Of a DNA stretch of 64,000 nt, positions 1 through 9,107 are shown piece after piece. The translations under genes were made by a program, and so were the position numbers. Source of the stretch: an uncultured virus (IMG/VR IMGVR_UViG_3300046058_000006). Taxonomy: Duplodnaviria > Heunggongvirae > Uroviricota > Caudoviricetes. The notes below the pieces were generated by a model. That model worked only from the letters and a program-made list of their open reading frames with translations. It had not been told where the DNA came from and did not search any database. Position 1 is the first letter of the stretch, and every line of letters begins with the position of its first letter. The stretch lies in IMG/VR virus record IMGVR_UViG_3300046058_000006, one strand, 5' to 3'.

Positions 1-621
1 GCTTTGGACGTAAACGCGCGCCGCTTCAGCGCCCGCTGAAAGGTCGCCAGTGTCGCGGTCGTCGTTGAAGCTAACGTCGTCGTCGTCGCTGGCCAGCGTC
101 GAAAGGTCCTGTTTTTCGTCGTCCGACCCGGTTTCAATCGGGCGGTCGTCGTTCTGCTGGCCATTGTACTGTTCGCGTGCCTGCCGGAAGGCGTCAGCGT
201 GTTCGTAGCCGTCGTTATCCCACGTTTCTTCAGGCATTACACGCGATTCGAAGATGTACGCCGTCGAAGGTGCCCATTCGACTTCTTGGCTACCTTCACA
301 GCGGATAATCACGGCTTCGCCGACTTCAGCATGATTGACGTAGCCCAAGCCGCCGTGATCCGACATTTCCAAGGCGTCGCCGACTTCAAGATCGACAAAG
401 CCGGCGTTATCCGGTGCATCCGGGTCGTAGACCCTGATACCTTCGACGGGTTCGGCCAGCGCGATAATCGCGTGTGGCTGTTCGCTATCGTAAGGCGGGG
501 TCGTTCCCGCCATGACCACGCCCGAAACCGTCTGTGGTTCGTTCGGGTCGGGCTTCCAGTTCTTAGCGTATTCTACCTGTTCGCCTTTCGCGCCGCTTGC
601 CGCGTCGTCTATTCCGATCAT
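1..621 (-). CDS. Acidic hypothetical protein, 3'-truncated by window edge (possible ssDNA-binding/replication protein)
   Basis: Manually translated open frame from ATG at 621 (MIGIDDAASGAKGEQVEYAKNWKPD...) with no stop to position 1; D/E-rich like the genuine genes; TATA-like element upstream. Not in the ORF track. Confidence 0.75.
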   Translation of the reverse strand, partial: MIGIDDAASGAKGEQVEYAKNWKPDPNEPQTVSGVVMAGTTPPYDSEQPHAIIALAEPVEGIRVYDPDAPDNAGFVDLEVGDALEMSDHGGLGYVNHAEVGEAVIIRCEGSQEVEWAPSTAYIFESRVMPEETWDNDGYEHADAFRQAREQYNGQQNDDRPIETGSDDEKQDLSTLASDDDDVSFNDDRDTGDLSAGAEAARVYVQS

Positions 622-703
622 ATTTTGTACGCGGGTCCGGGGTTTCTTTTGCCCCGCTTTGACCCATTTAGACACATAGACGGCAGGCGTAAAAACCTGG
701 CGT

Positions 704-1561
704 TTAGTTGCTTTCAGTAGGGTTTTCGCCGATAATATCACACATTTCAGCCATGCGGTTTCGCACTGTCACCGTCGAAACGTCGCCGATTTCCCCCGCT
801 TCAGTTTGCGTTACAGGTTCGTCCGCGAACTGTGCGGCTAAATAAACAGCGCCGGCCGCAACGCCGCTTGGATTTTTGCCGTTGTCGTATTCAGACCCCC
901 GCCAAGCGTCGATTAGTTCCCGCGCGTGCGCGTCGTCTACACCCGCGCGCTGTGCATAGCGGCCTACGTATTCTTCCGGGTCCATAATCGGTGTTACCAA
1001 GTCATAGCGCCGCCGAAAGTTGCGGTACGCTACGTCCGCGTCCGCCTTGTCCGGCAGGTATTCTTCGATTTCATGCAGTGACCTGGTAGCCCCGTTCTGC
1101 CGGCAGATTATATAGAAGCACGCGCCGCATACGCCTTCAAGCGTCAGCGCTATCAGGCCGTCCGAATGAACCTGTTTGAACAGGTACGCGGCCTGTTCGA
1201 TATAGCTTTCAGGCAGGTCTAAGGCCGCGCCCAAACGGTTTATCTCCGATAAACCGGCTTCCCTTGTGTGGCTGTTTTCCGTCCGCGCGCGGTATTCTTG
1301 GTGCCGCATACGCGACCGTTTCAGCGGGTCGCTTGTGTCGTTCGTCGCGGTCATTCGCGTGCGCAAACCGTTATCCGGCAGGCGGTTCGTGCGTTGCGCG
1401 CCAGTGCGCCGGCGTTCTTCGATTTCTTCGCTGTTGAACGCGCGCCATTCAGCGCCCCGGTCTATCGGTTCGTCGTCGTAGACAAGCCCGCAGGATTCAC
1501 AAAACGTTTCCTTGTCGGTTGTAGAAACCCGTCCGTTACATTCTTCGCAGGCAAAAGCCAT
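704..1561 (-). CDS. tfb: Virus-encoded transcription initiation factor IIB (TFB)
   Basis: N-terminal Zn ribbon CEEC..CESCG, IDRGAEWRAF B-reader, two cyclin repeats, GKNPSGVAAGAVY, C-terminal HTH TQTEAGEIGDVSTVTVRNR. Confidence 0.95.
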   Translation of the reverse strand: MAFACEECNGRVSTTDKETFCESCGLVYDDEPIDRGAEWRAFNSEEIEERRRTGAQRTNRLPDNGLRTRMTATNDTSDPLKRSRMRHQEYRARTENSHTREAGLSEINRLGAALDLPESYIEQAAYLFKQVHSDGLIALTLEGVCGACFYIICRQNGATRSLHEIEEYLPDKADADVAYRNFRRRYDLVTPIMDPEEYVGRYAQRAGVDDAHARELIDAWRGSEYDNGKNPSGVAAGAVYLAAQFADEPVTQTEAGEIGDVSTVTVRNRMAEMCDIIGENPTESN

Positions 1562-1596
1562 TAATAAAAGTTATCCCGGCGCTACTAGTTAAACCG

Positions 1597-1719
1597 TTAC
1601 ACATATTCCGGCGCTGTCTTGCAATGCACACATTCTTTCAGCACGCCGTCTATAGAAAACGCGCGCCAGTACGACGGTGATACGCTTCGCCCACAGTTAG
1701 AACAGATACGATCGGCCAT
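1597..1719 (-). CDS. Small CxxC zinc-finger microprotein (40 aa)
   Basis: MADRICSNCG...CVHC; own TATA (TTTAAA) about 30 nt upstream of ATG 1719; typical haloarchaeal CPxCG-like microprotein. Confidence 0.75.
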   Translation of the reverse strand: MADRICSNCGRSVSPSYWRAFSIDGVLKECVHCKTAPEYV

Positions 1720-1744
1720 ACGGCCTGTAAAAGCGCGGCGGCTT

Positions 1745-2050
1745 TTAAACTTGGACTTCAGAAAAGCCGGCAAACTGAAGCTTGATAGACCCGTTCGGTT
1801 CATCGTCGTAAGTCGGTGTGGCCTGACAATCGTCGCCATAGATCGTAAAGACGAAGAAATCGCCGCCGCTGTACTTTACGTCTACGTCCTTGTGGGTTAG
1901 TTGTGTACGAACGCCGTTAACGTACCACGTCCCATAGACGGTTTCTTTTTCCAAGGACAGCTTCAGCCCGCTTTCGGCTACCAAGTCTATCGCCCGGATG
2001 TATTCAGCCGGGTCGGTCACACCGATTTCAAGCCTGCCGTCTACCTTCAT
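1745..2050 (-). CDS. Hypothetical protein, paralog family B
   Basis: Shares Y..A......GL....E.V.G.W...C....G.I.L.F pattern with 2047-2325, 31014-31307 and the C-half of 30440-30946. Confidence 0.75.
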   Translation of the reverse strand: MKVDGRLEIGVTDPAEYIRAIDLVAESGLKLSLEKETVYGTWYVNGVRTQLTHKDVDVKYSGGDFFVFTIYGDDCQATPTYDDEPNGSIKLQFAGFSEVQV

Positions 2051-2325
2051 TCGTCTGTAAAGGTCACAACGATCTTTCCGCGCGACCCTGCTACTGGTTT
2101 CGGCTTACACTTTTTAAGGCCATGGTTCGTATCGACAAACACCCATTCTTGGCCGATCCAGTGCAAATCTTGATCAGCGTATTCGGTTTCATACGTTGCC
2201 CCGTTCTTGTCCTTCCACTTTCCGATTATTGCTACGTCTACGACCTTCAGGCCTAACCCGGTTGCTAATTCAAGCGATTCGTTGTACTTGTCGATCGACG
2301 GTATGGTTGCTTTTACTTGTCCCAT
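2047..2325 (-). CDS. Hypothetical protein, paralog family B
   Basis: ATGA overlap with the next gene; family B pattern. Confidence 0.75.
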   Translation of the reverse strand: MGQVKATIPSIDKYNESLELATGLGLKVVDVAIIGKWKDKNGATYETEYADQDLHWIGQEWVFVDTNHGLKKCKPKPVAGSRGKIVVTFTDE

Positions 2326-2386
2326 ACGCCTACGAACGCCGCCAGGTACGAAAGGTTAACGGTCGCTTTCGCGCCGCTAAAATCGG

Positions 2387-2421
2387 CCCCTATTGTAGAA
2401 GGGACTGAAATGTTTTTTAGG
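2387..2421 (+). repeat. Dispersed element copy 1, invariant 35-bp core
   Basis: CCCCTATTGTAGAAGGGACTGAAATGTTTTTTAGG, identical in four intergenic loci. Confidence 0.95.
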
Positions 2422-2630
2422 GCTAAGATCGCCTAAGACGGCCGATTAGAAATCGGCGGCTGAAACAGGTTGTTAACCAGGCCGTTGTAACTTCTACAAC
2501 GGTAAGCGGTCTAACAAGTAGCGGTTAGTAGCGGCTTGTCCGCGATAGAATTAATAAAATCGTGCCTATACTAACCGCAATTTGTTAAAATCGGGGGGCG
2601 ATTGCTAAAGATGTATCTACCGACGCGGTT

Positions 2631-5600
2631 TTAGTCGGTCGTCGCTTGCACGCCCAAGCTTCCATCAAGTTCCGGCCTGCCGGTCCGTTCTGGTTCCGGC
2701 TGTGTGTCCGTATCCGGTTCGATCGCTATGTCGGTCGAAACCGAACCGCCGATTTCAGCTTGATCTATGATCGCCTGTAGGGTTTCGGCGGCTTCTTCGA
2801 CGGTTTCGACTTCAATCACGTCCATGTTAAATTCTTCAAACATGGCAAACAGGTTATTAGGAACCTGTTTAGCAGGCATTAGGGTCGCGGTCTGTCCGGT
2901 TCCCTGTGCTTCGGTCGGGTCGTCGTCCGCCGGCACGTCACTGGCGCGAAGCCCTGCGTTCTGGTTCGCGCGCATAAATTCGGCGAATTTCGGCGTCGCG
3001 TTCCCGCTCTTGTCAGCGATATAGCTTTTCCGGGGCGTGCGGAAGCGCCCTGTATGGATCGCGGTATAATCGAACGTTTCCATATCGACGCCTTCCGCGA
3101 AGATACTGTTTTGCGACAGCGCCAGGTTCATGCCGCAACTGGCGCGCTTGCGGATAGCCGACAGATCGCGCACGTTTTCGGCAGGTCTGTACCACAGGCC
3201 GGGAATTTTTTGCTTGGCGCGATCGGCGCGCACTTTCGAACCGCCGAACGCTATGCCAGTGCCGCTATTCAGTTTACCGATCGTTTCGGCTACGTCCGCG
3301 ACCTGTTGGTTCGGGCTTCGGTCCGTTGCTAATTTCACAACGGTTACGCCGCCCATGACAGGCGCAAAGTCATCCATGTACCGCACTGGTTCGGGCGGGT
3401 CGCCGTGTATCTTTTCGTGTACTTCAGTCATTAATGTAATATCATTACCCGCGAACCAGTAGGTAGCATCTTCCGGCAGGTCTTGAAAGACGCGGCCTGT
3501 GTCGCCGACTATATCTATGGATTTTTCGTTGCCGTCAGCGCGCGTTAACACGCCCTGAAGGTCGTCGTCCGGGTCATGGTACAGTATATTTAGCAGTTCG
3601 CGCGCATGACCTGGATAGTTATTCTTCAGCCGCTTTCGCGTTTCGAAGAAGTCGGCTTCGGGCTGTAGTTCGGCCAGGCGCGTGCGAATGTCGGCTACAA
3701 GGTCGTGATATGCGTTATCATTTTCGCCCCATGATTCGACGCCGCTTTCTTTTATTAGCGCCGGCAGTTCTAAGATAAATTCGGCGACGCTTTCTATATC
3801 GTCGTGAATCCGGTCGGTCCGTTCTAAGTCGCCGACCCGTTCGATTATGTGTTCTGCTGTACCTGTTAGCCCATCCAGTGCGCCCATGTTCGTGCCGGTC
3901 TTGTAGCCTGTGCGTTCGCTTTCGAAGATTGTAACGCTTGTACTTATCAGCCGGCTAAGGGATGCTTCTTCGCTGGTAATTATCAGGTCAAAGTCGTTTT
4001 CGGTCGTCCGAACCACGTCTAACTTTTCCGGCACGGTTACGACCACGCGCGATTCTTGCGCGCCTTTTACGATCGCCTGGTACTGATTCTTTTCCGGGTC
4101 TATCTTTTCAAGCGCCGCCCATGGGTCTTTAGCGGTCTGTTCGGGGTATTCGTCGCTACTGTAGTTAAGTGGTGTGTCGTTTTCGCCCCACCCGCTTCGC
4201 GCCCATCGGCGACCGCCAAGGTATGCGGTATCAACCCCCATGTTAACCAGCTTGTCGCGGGTTGCTTGGGCTTCTTGATGGGACGGCGCGATATACACGG
4301 CGCGGTCAAAGTTATCCGCTTTCAGTTCTTTGCGGACGTTTTCGGCGACTTGGAAGCTTTTGCCCTGGCGTGCGATCCCCTGAAGGGACATATGTTCGTC
4401 CGCGCTTCCATCGACTTCTTTCACTGCGTGCTGTGCTATAACATCTTCAGCGGGGCCTTCCGCGCCTTCTACCTTGTCGCGGCCTAACGGGACGTTAGCC
4501 TTGTTACGGAGCCATTCAAGCGCCTGGTTGTATTCGTATTTCGTAAGGTGTTTGCCGTCGGTATCTGTGTCGTATTCGCTTGGCGCAAACATATCGTCCG
4601 CGTTCCGCAGGCCGGCTTCGATCGCCGCCCACATTAGACAGCGGTACGGTACTTTATCCTGCTGTTCGATTTGCTTGGACGCTTTGGCGTATTCCCAACC
4701 CCAAAACGTCGCCTTTGGGTTTCCTTCGACGCCAGCGTTGCCGCCGTTGAAGTCCGCGCCAAGGTATCCACAGTCGGCGTCAGCGTCGTAGCCCCGCGAC
4801 GCCAAGGCACAAAGCGAAAGCGCGTTGTGCGTACAGCTATGGCCTTCGCGGAAGCACCATACGGTTTCGCCGTTATATTCGGCGTTCGTGCCGGTTTCGC
4901 TACCGTGTAATGGGTGTGCGTGCTTGTCGCCGCTAAGATCGCCGCCGATCGCCGAATAGACCTGGCCTGTATCCAGTTCGAAGAACTGGCTACGTTCGCC
5001 GTCTACGCTTTGGCTGAAGTCGGTATCCAGTTCGTCCCACGTCGTGCGGTTCTTTTCGGCGCGCTTTTTGTTGCGGTACTGTTTCCGCGCACGTGCGCGA
5101 AGCCAGGAACGCGGTAGTTCGCGCATACCAAGCGTAGGCAGGGTATCAGGGACGTTTTCGACCGTATAGACCGGCGCTTCGTCGTCCGGCACTTTGTCAG
5201 CCGGGCGGTAGCTACCCGGCGCGTACATAAGCTTCGCTACGTTCGTGTTACGAAAGTCGGCGATAGTGCCGTCGCCGTCCCATTTTTCGGGAATACCGAT
5301 ACTGTCTAAAAGGATTTCATCGTCCGGGTCGTCCGGCTGTGCATAGTACAAGTGCGTACCGCCCGACCGCGACCTGATTCGTAGCGTCGGCTTGAACGAT
5401 TCGCTATGGGACTGCCGGACCTGTTCGTTATCTTCGTCTATCGCGTGAAATCGATCGCCCTGCTGAAAGATAAAGGCGACCGCGTGCGATCCGGGGTCGT
5501 TCTTGTGCTGTTGTAGGTACTTCAGCGCTTCGTGGGCGGTTAGGCGGCTTTCGGGTTCGCTTTGCCACTGTTGATCGAAGAAACCGCCGTCGCCGCTGTT

Positions 5601-5693
5601 CGTCGTATAGCGCTTTTCATCCAGCGCGACGCCGGCCAGCTTGCGCATGGCTTCGGCGAAAGTAGAAAATTCGCGCGGACACGTGCCTTCCAT
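2631..5693 (-). CDS. Primase-polymerase / helicase-like fusion (replication protein)
   Basis: N-terminal prim-pol motifs (AIDED; SRSGGTHLYY; APGS), H/C-rich Zn-like region, C-terminal P-loop GIARQGKS and SF2-like AEGVDM. Confidence 0.75.
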   Translation of the reverse strand: MEGTCPREFSTFAEAMRKLAGVALDEKRYTTNSGDGGFFDQQWQSEPESRLTAHEALKYLQQHKNDPGSHAVAFIFQQGDRFHAIDEDNEQVRQSHSESFKPTLRIRSRSGGTHLYYAQPDDPDDEILLDSIGIPEKWDGDGTIADFRNTNVAKLMYAPGSYRPADKVPDDEAPVYTVENVPDTLPTLGMRELPRSWLRARARKQYRNKKRAEKNRTTWDELDTDFSQSVDGERSQFFELDTGQVYSAIGGDLSGDKHAHPLHGSETGTNAEYNGETVWCFREGHSCTHNALSLCALASRGYDADADCGYLGADFNGGNAGVEGNPKATFWGWEYAKASKQIEQQDKVPYRCLMWAAIEAGLRNADDMFAPSEYDTDTDGKHLTKYEYNQALEWLRNKANVPLGRDKVEGAEGPAEDVIAQHAVKEVDGSADEHMSLQGIARQGKSFQVAENVRKELKADNFDRAVYIAPSHQEAQATRDKLVNMGVDTAYLGGRRWARSGWGENDTPLNYSSDEYPEQTAKDPWAALEKIDPEKNQYQAIVKGAQESRVVVTVPEKLDVVRTTENDFDLIITSEEASLSRLISTSVTIFESERTGYKTGTNMGALDGLTGTAEHIIERVGDLERTDRIHDDIESVAEFILELPALIKESGVESWGENDNAYHDLVADIRTRLAELQPEADFFETRKRLKNNYPGHARELLNILYHDPDDDLQGVLTRADGNEKSIDIVGDTGRVFQDLPEDATYWFAGNDITLMTEVHEKIHGDPPEPVRYMDDFAPVMGGVTVVKLATDRSPNQQVADVAETIGKLNSGTGIAFGGSKVRADRAKQKIPGLWYRPAENVRDLSAIRKRASCGMNLALSQNSIFAEGVDMETFDYTAIHTGRFRTPRKSYIADKSGNATPKFAEFMRANQNAGLRASDVPADDDPTEAQGTGQTATLMPAKQVPNNLFAMFEEFNMDVIEVETVEEAAETLQAIIDQAEIGGSVSTDIAIEPDTDTQPEPERTGRPELDGSLGVQATTD

Positions 5694-5733
5694 AGCAACC
5701 CCTAACAGTTTTTCCGAACTTAAACGTTCTGTT

Positions 5734-6192
5734 CTACTTCAAGCGCTTGCCCCTTGGCGGGATAAGCGCGTCAATGACTTCAGACTGAATCCGGTCGCCG
5801 TAATAGGACGTAATGAATCCTAATACAGTGCTGTAGATCAAAAATACCAGCGCGCCGACAGTGATCATGTAGATGGGTAGGCGTTCACCTGGCACATATT
5901 CAGCGCCGCCTACGAACAGCGTGCCTAAGCCGGTCGCCAGTAGGCCGATAATCGCTAAGAACCGTTCGACTTGTGCATCGGATCGCACTTCAGCGACCCA
6001 AAGGAAATATGCGACCCATGCGAAACAGTTTCCGCCGGTAGCTAAGTAGACTTCAGGGGCGTAGTAGCCGCGATTAACGACCGTGTAGACGGACAGCAGT
6101 ATCAGCCCCAAGCTGGATAGCGCCAAGACGTTTGTAACGCGCTTTCGCTTTTCCGGGTCGTTTTCGTGACTGTACGATATGAGTTTTTCCAT
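5734..6192 (-). CDS. Membrane protein (about 4 TM)
   Basis: Four hydrophobic segments; lies at the end of the tail module. Confidence 0.75.
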   Translation of the reverse strand: MEKLISYSHENDPEKRKRVTNVLALSSLGLILLSVYTVVNRGYYAPEVYLATGGNCFAWVAYFLWVAEVRSDAQVERFLAIIGLLATGLGTLFVGGAEYVPGERLPIYMITVGALVFLIYSTVLGFITSYYGDRIQSEVIDALIPPRGKRLK

Positions 6193-6226
6193 TATCGGCC
6201 TTGTGGTGTGTGATTATCGTACATTT

Positions 6227-6493
6227 TTAACGTTTTGCCTTTTCCTGCTGTCCGTCGTCCTGCTGTCCGCTGTTCCCGCCAGGGAATTGATCGCCGCTTC
6301 GGGTTGACTTCAGCGCCCGGCGCGCGGTTTCGGACGTTAGAAGCGTGCCGGCTAAGATCAAGAAGTCGCGCGCCAAAGATAAAAGCTGTGCGTCGAAGGT
6401 AATGAACCCAAAGAACCCAAGCCCGGCAAAGGCCAGCATAACAGCTATGATAATTTGGCCTATGTCCCTATTCGTTAGATCAAGCCGCGCCAT
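6227..6493 (-). CDS. Small 2-TM holin-like membrane protein
   Basis: Two hydrophobic helices and a charged C-terminal tail; position after tail-fibre genes. Confidence 0.55.
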   Translation of the reverse strand: MARLDLTNRDIGQIIIAVMLAFAGLGFFGFITFDAQLLSLARDFLILAGTLLTSETARRALKSTRSGDQFPGGNSGQQDDGQQEKAKR

Positions 6494-6541
6494 TATGATG
6501 TATGGCTATCGGGGGATTAGTAAAGTTGGCGTCGGCGATCT

Positions 6542-7717
6542 TTAATATAGATTTTCGATGAAATAATCGCCGCCTGAAGGCATCTTAACCTTCAGGTCCG
6601 TGCTTCCGCCGTCTTTATCTTCGATATAGATAGCGGCGCTTTCGCGCGGAATGTTGTAGTTCGACGGATCGCCGCCAAGAATGGGAATTGGTTGCATGGC
6701 GTCGCCGTTCACAAATTTCTTATTCGTCTCATCTATGGTACGGGTATCCCATTCGATCGGTTCGTCTGCGTTGTTATTAGCTGGCGCGACCGCGAAGGTA
6801 ATAGACGGTTGTGGGGCGTCGCCCGCGCCTGGGTAGTTGCTGTTCATGCCGATCAACGCATGGGGTTCGTTGGCAACGATTGACCGCCAAGAAGCATCGG
6901 GGCCGGGGTCGGTCGCGGAAAGCGGGTTGTCGTAGTCCCAATAAGCGTTCCAAGCCCATGCAACCCTGCCGTGTCCGCCTTGATGGGATTGCACAAAATC
7001 AGACGTTCCGGCGGCATACCGGATGTATTCGCCGTCGCTTTCGCCGGGAACGCCGCGCGCATCTTCGCCGCGTTCGAACACGTAAGTTCCCATTAACACG
7101 TCACTTTGATCCGACCGCACGAAATTGCCAGGCTGATAACCCCGGAAGAACTGGCTGTTTTCGGCGCGATCGACCGGGACAGAATTATCGCCTTCGTAGC
7201 GGGCGTTCCGGTAGTTCACACGGGTTGTAAGCGGCCTGCGGTTAGACGTAGCGGTGATACTTGATCCGTCGCTGTTAACGTCCCATATCGCCAAGCGCGG
7301 CGCTTTACGGCCGGACAAGACGATGTTACTTTCTGTGTCTATGATTAGGCGATCCGTGCGCGTGCGGTCAACCGCCAAGTAGATCGTTTCATCGGACGAA
7401 TTAGCCGGAATGTCTACGTCGTGTACGTTTTCGCCGGTTACTTGGTCGGTTTCGGCGCGGTCGTCGCTTGCAAGATAGTGTCCGCCAAAGGCGGCTTCGC
7501 CAGTGTCGATCGTTACTGTCAGCCCGTTCGTTTCGAAGATACCAAAGGCGTTTAGCGGGCCGTCTAAGATTTCATTATCGGCGGTCGCTAACAGGTCCTT
7601 ATCAGTCGGCACGACGTATTCGTCGCCCGACTGTGCGATCGCTTCGGCCAGGCGCATAGAATCGACATTTCTTTGGTCGGTACTATCGCCATGCGTAGGT
7701 TCTGTAACAACAGTCAT
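6542..7717 (-). CDS. Tail fibre / tail tip protein
   Basis: N-terminal GLTVTIDTGEAAFGG fibre-attachment-like segment; position at the end of the tail module. Confidence 0.6.
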   Translation of the reverse strand: MTVVTEPTHGDSTDQRNVDSMRLAEAIAQSGDEYVVPTDKDLLATADNEILDGPLNAFGIFETNGLTVTIDTGEAAFGGHYLASDDRAETDQVTGENVHDVDIPANSSDETIYLAVDRTRTDRLIIDTESNIVLSGRKAPRLAIWDVNSDGSSITATSNRRPLTTRVNYRNARYEGDNSVPVDRAENSQFFRGYQPGNFVRSDQSDVLMGTYVFERGEDARGVPGESDGEYIRYAAGTSDFVQSHQGGHGRVAWAWNAYWDYDNPLSATDPGPDASWRSIVANEPHALIGMNSNYPGAGDAPQPSITFAVAPANNNADEPIEWDTRTIDETNKKFVNGDAMQPIPILGGDPSNYNIPRESAAIYIEDKDGGSTDLKVKMPSGGDYFIENLY

Positions 7718-7753
7718 AACTGATTTAAGTTCCCTTTCGGCTTAAGTTATTTG

Positions 7754-8296
7754 CTATTGCCCGATAGCCATTGACAAGTTAACAATTAGCACATAATCGG
7801 ACGTTTTCTTGATCGAATTGGTAAGTGTGACGTAGTTATATACGTCGCCGTCGTCCGAATATGCGACCATTTCGGACAGTTCCGGCACTGTATTATCTGC
7901 GTTCGGCTTTGGATTCAGTTCGTATTCGTCCGCAAATTCACGCATATAGAAGGTTTCGCCTTCGTTAGACGGGTCGGTGATTTCTATGCGACCGACGGGT
8001 TCCGAACAGCCGGTTTCGTCCGGCGTCGTGCCTGTGCCAAATTCTAATTCGTGATATTCCGGCAGGCCTTCGGTCCGGTTGTTAAAGTTCAACAGCGCGG
8101 CGATAGCTTCATGCAACGCGCTGGCCGTCGTATTGGCTTCGGTCGTCTGTTCTTCGGCCCACAAGCGTTCGTAGTAATCGCGCTGTTCGCTTACGGTTAC
8201 GCCAGGCACGTCCGGGGCGTAATCAGATTTAATTAACCGTATCTGCACGTTTTCGTCTACCGTCAGCTTCGGTTCGCTGGTTTCTATCTTTGCCAT
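7754..8296 (-). CDS. Minor tail/baseplate protein
   Basis: FGTGT...IKKTSDY pattern typical of fibre-collar/baseplate proteins; synteny. Confidence 0.55.
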   Translation of the reverse strand: MAKIETSEPKLTVDENVQIRLIKSDYAPDVPGVTVSEQRDYYERLWAEEQTTEANTTASALHEAIAALLNFNNRTEGLPEYHELEFGTGTTPDETGCSEPVGRIEITDPSNEGETFYMREFADEYELNPKPNADNTVPELSEMVAYSDDGDVYNYVTLTNSIKKTSDYVLIVNLSMAIGQ

Positions 8297-8315
8297 GTTG
8301 GGTTATACGTATTTG

Positions 8316-9107
8316 TTATGCAAAAATCAGTCGGTCGTAGAAGCCGCCGCTTGTGTCTAAGCCCCCGTCGTCCGCGTTCGGCATGGGGTTGTCGTGACTG
8401 CCGGCACAGTAACCGACGTGTTCGACGTTACCAGTGTACGGATAGACCCGCTGAAGCGACGCTTCGGTTCCGCCGATCGCATGGTTGACTACGACCCTGT
8501 GCCAGCCGGTTTTTAACGAAACATCATTATCTATGTCCAAGTCCGTGCGGTTTCCTGTGTCGCGCATGGCCAGTGCTAATCTGTTGTTAATGACTTCCGC
8601 GAAGAACGTGCGGGTCGCTTGGTCGGTGTTAAACAGGAATTTGCGGTTTTCGTTCGCGTCCTGTTTCAAGAAGTACCAGGCGATCTTTGCGCCTTCGCCG
8701 GCTACGTTTTCGCCGTCCGTAATTAGCACGCCGTCGCCTTCTATGCCGTTGCCCCCGTTGAACCCCCCGTTCTGGATCGAATAGCTGTTAGTCGTCGCGC
8801 GATAGCTGATACTGCCCCCGCCAAGCGAACCGCGTTCAAAGTCGTCCGTGCGTTCGGCGACCGTATTATACGAATTGTAGTCATAGCCGGCCTGTGCGCC
8901 GTATTTCGCTTCGCGGTTCGCTGAAGTGTCGCTTGTGGTCGTAGTGCTTTCCCCAAGCGTCAGCGTGTCAAAGTCGATGTTAGGATAGCGTTGACTACTT
9001 TCGACTTCTTTGCGCCCCTGCCGCAGTTCATCTAACTGTCGTTGATGATCACTAAGCGTCCTAAACAGTCGGCGGTAAAACCGGCGCTTTCGTCTATGAT
9101 CTTTCAA
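8316..9107 (-). CDS. Minor tail protein (LamG-like C-terminus)
   Basis: N-terminal coiled segment, beta-rich C-terminus with GWHRVVV; overlaps the hub gene stop. Confidence 0.55.
   Translation of the reverse strand: MKDHRRKRRFYRRLFRTLSDHQRQLDELRQGRKEVESSQRYPNIDFDTLTLGESTTTTSDTSANREAKYGAQAGYDYNSYNTVAERTDDFERGSLGGGSISYRATTNSYSIQNGGFNGGNGIEGDGVLITDGENVAGEGAKIAWYFLKQDANENRKFLFNTDQATRTFFAEVINNRLALAMRDTGNRTDLDIDNDVSLKTGWHRVVVNHAIGGTEASLQRVYPYTGNVEHVGYCAGSHDNPMPNADDGGLDTSGGFYDRLIFA

Noticed and set aside
199..720. 173-aa plus-strand ORF (also 11534-12403 and 27623-28300)
   Set aside because: Phe/Val/Arg-rich mirror frames of acidic minus-strand genes.
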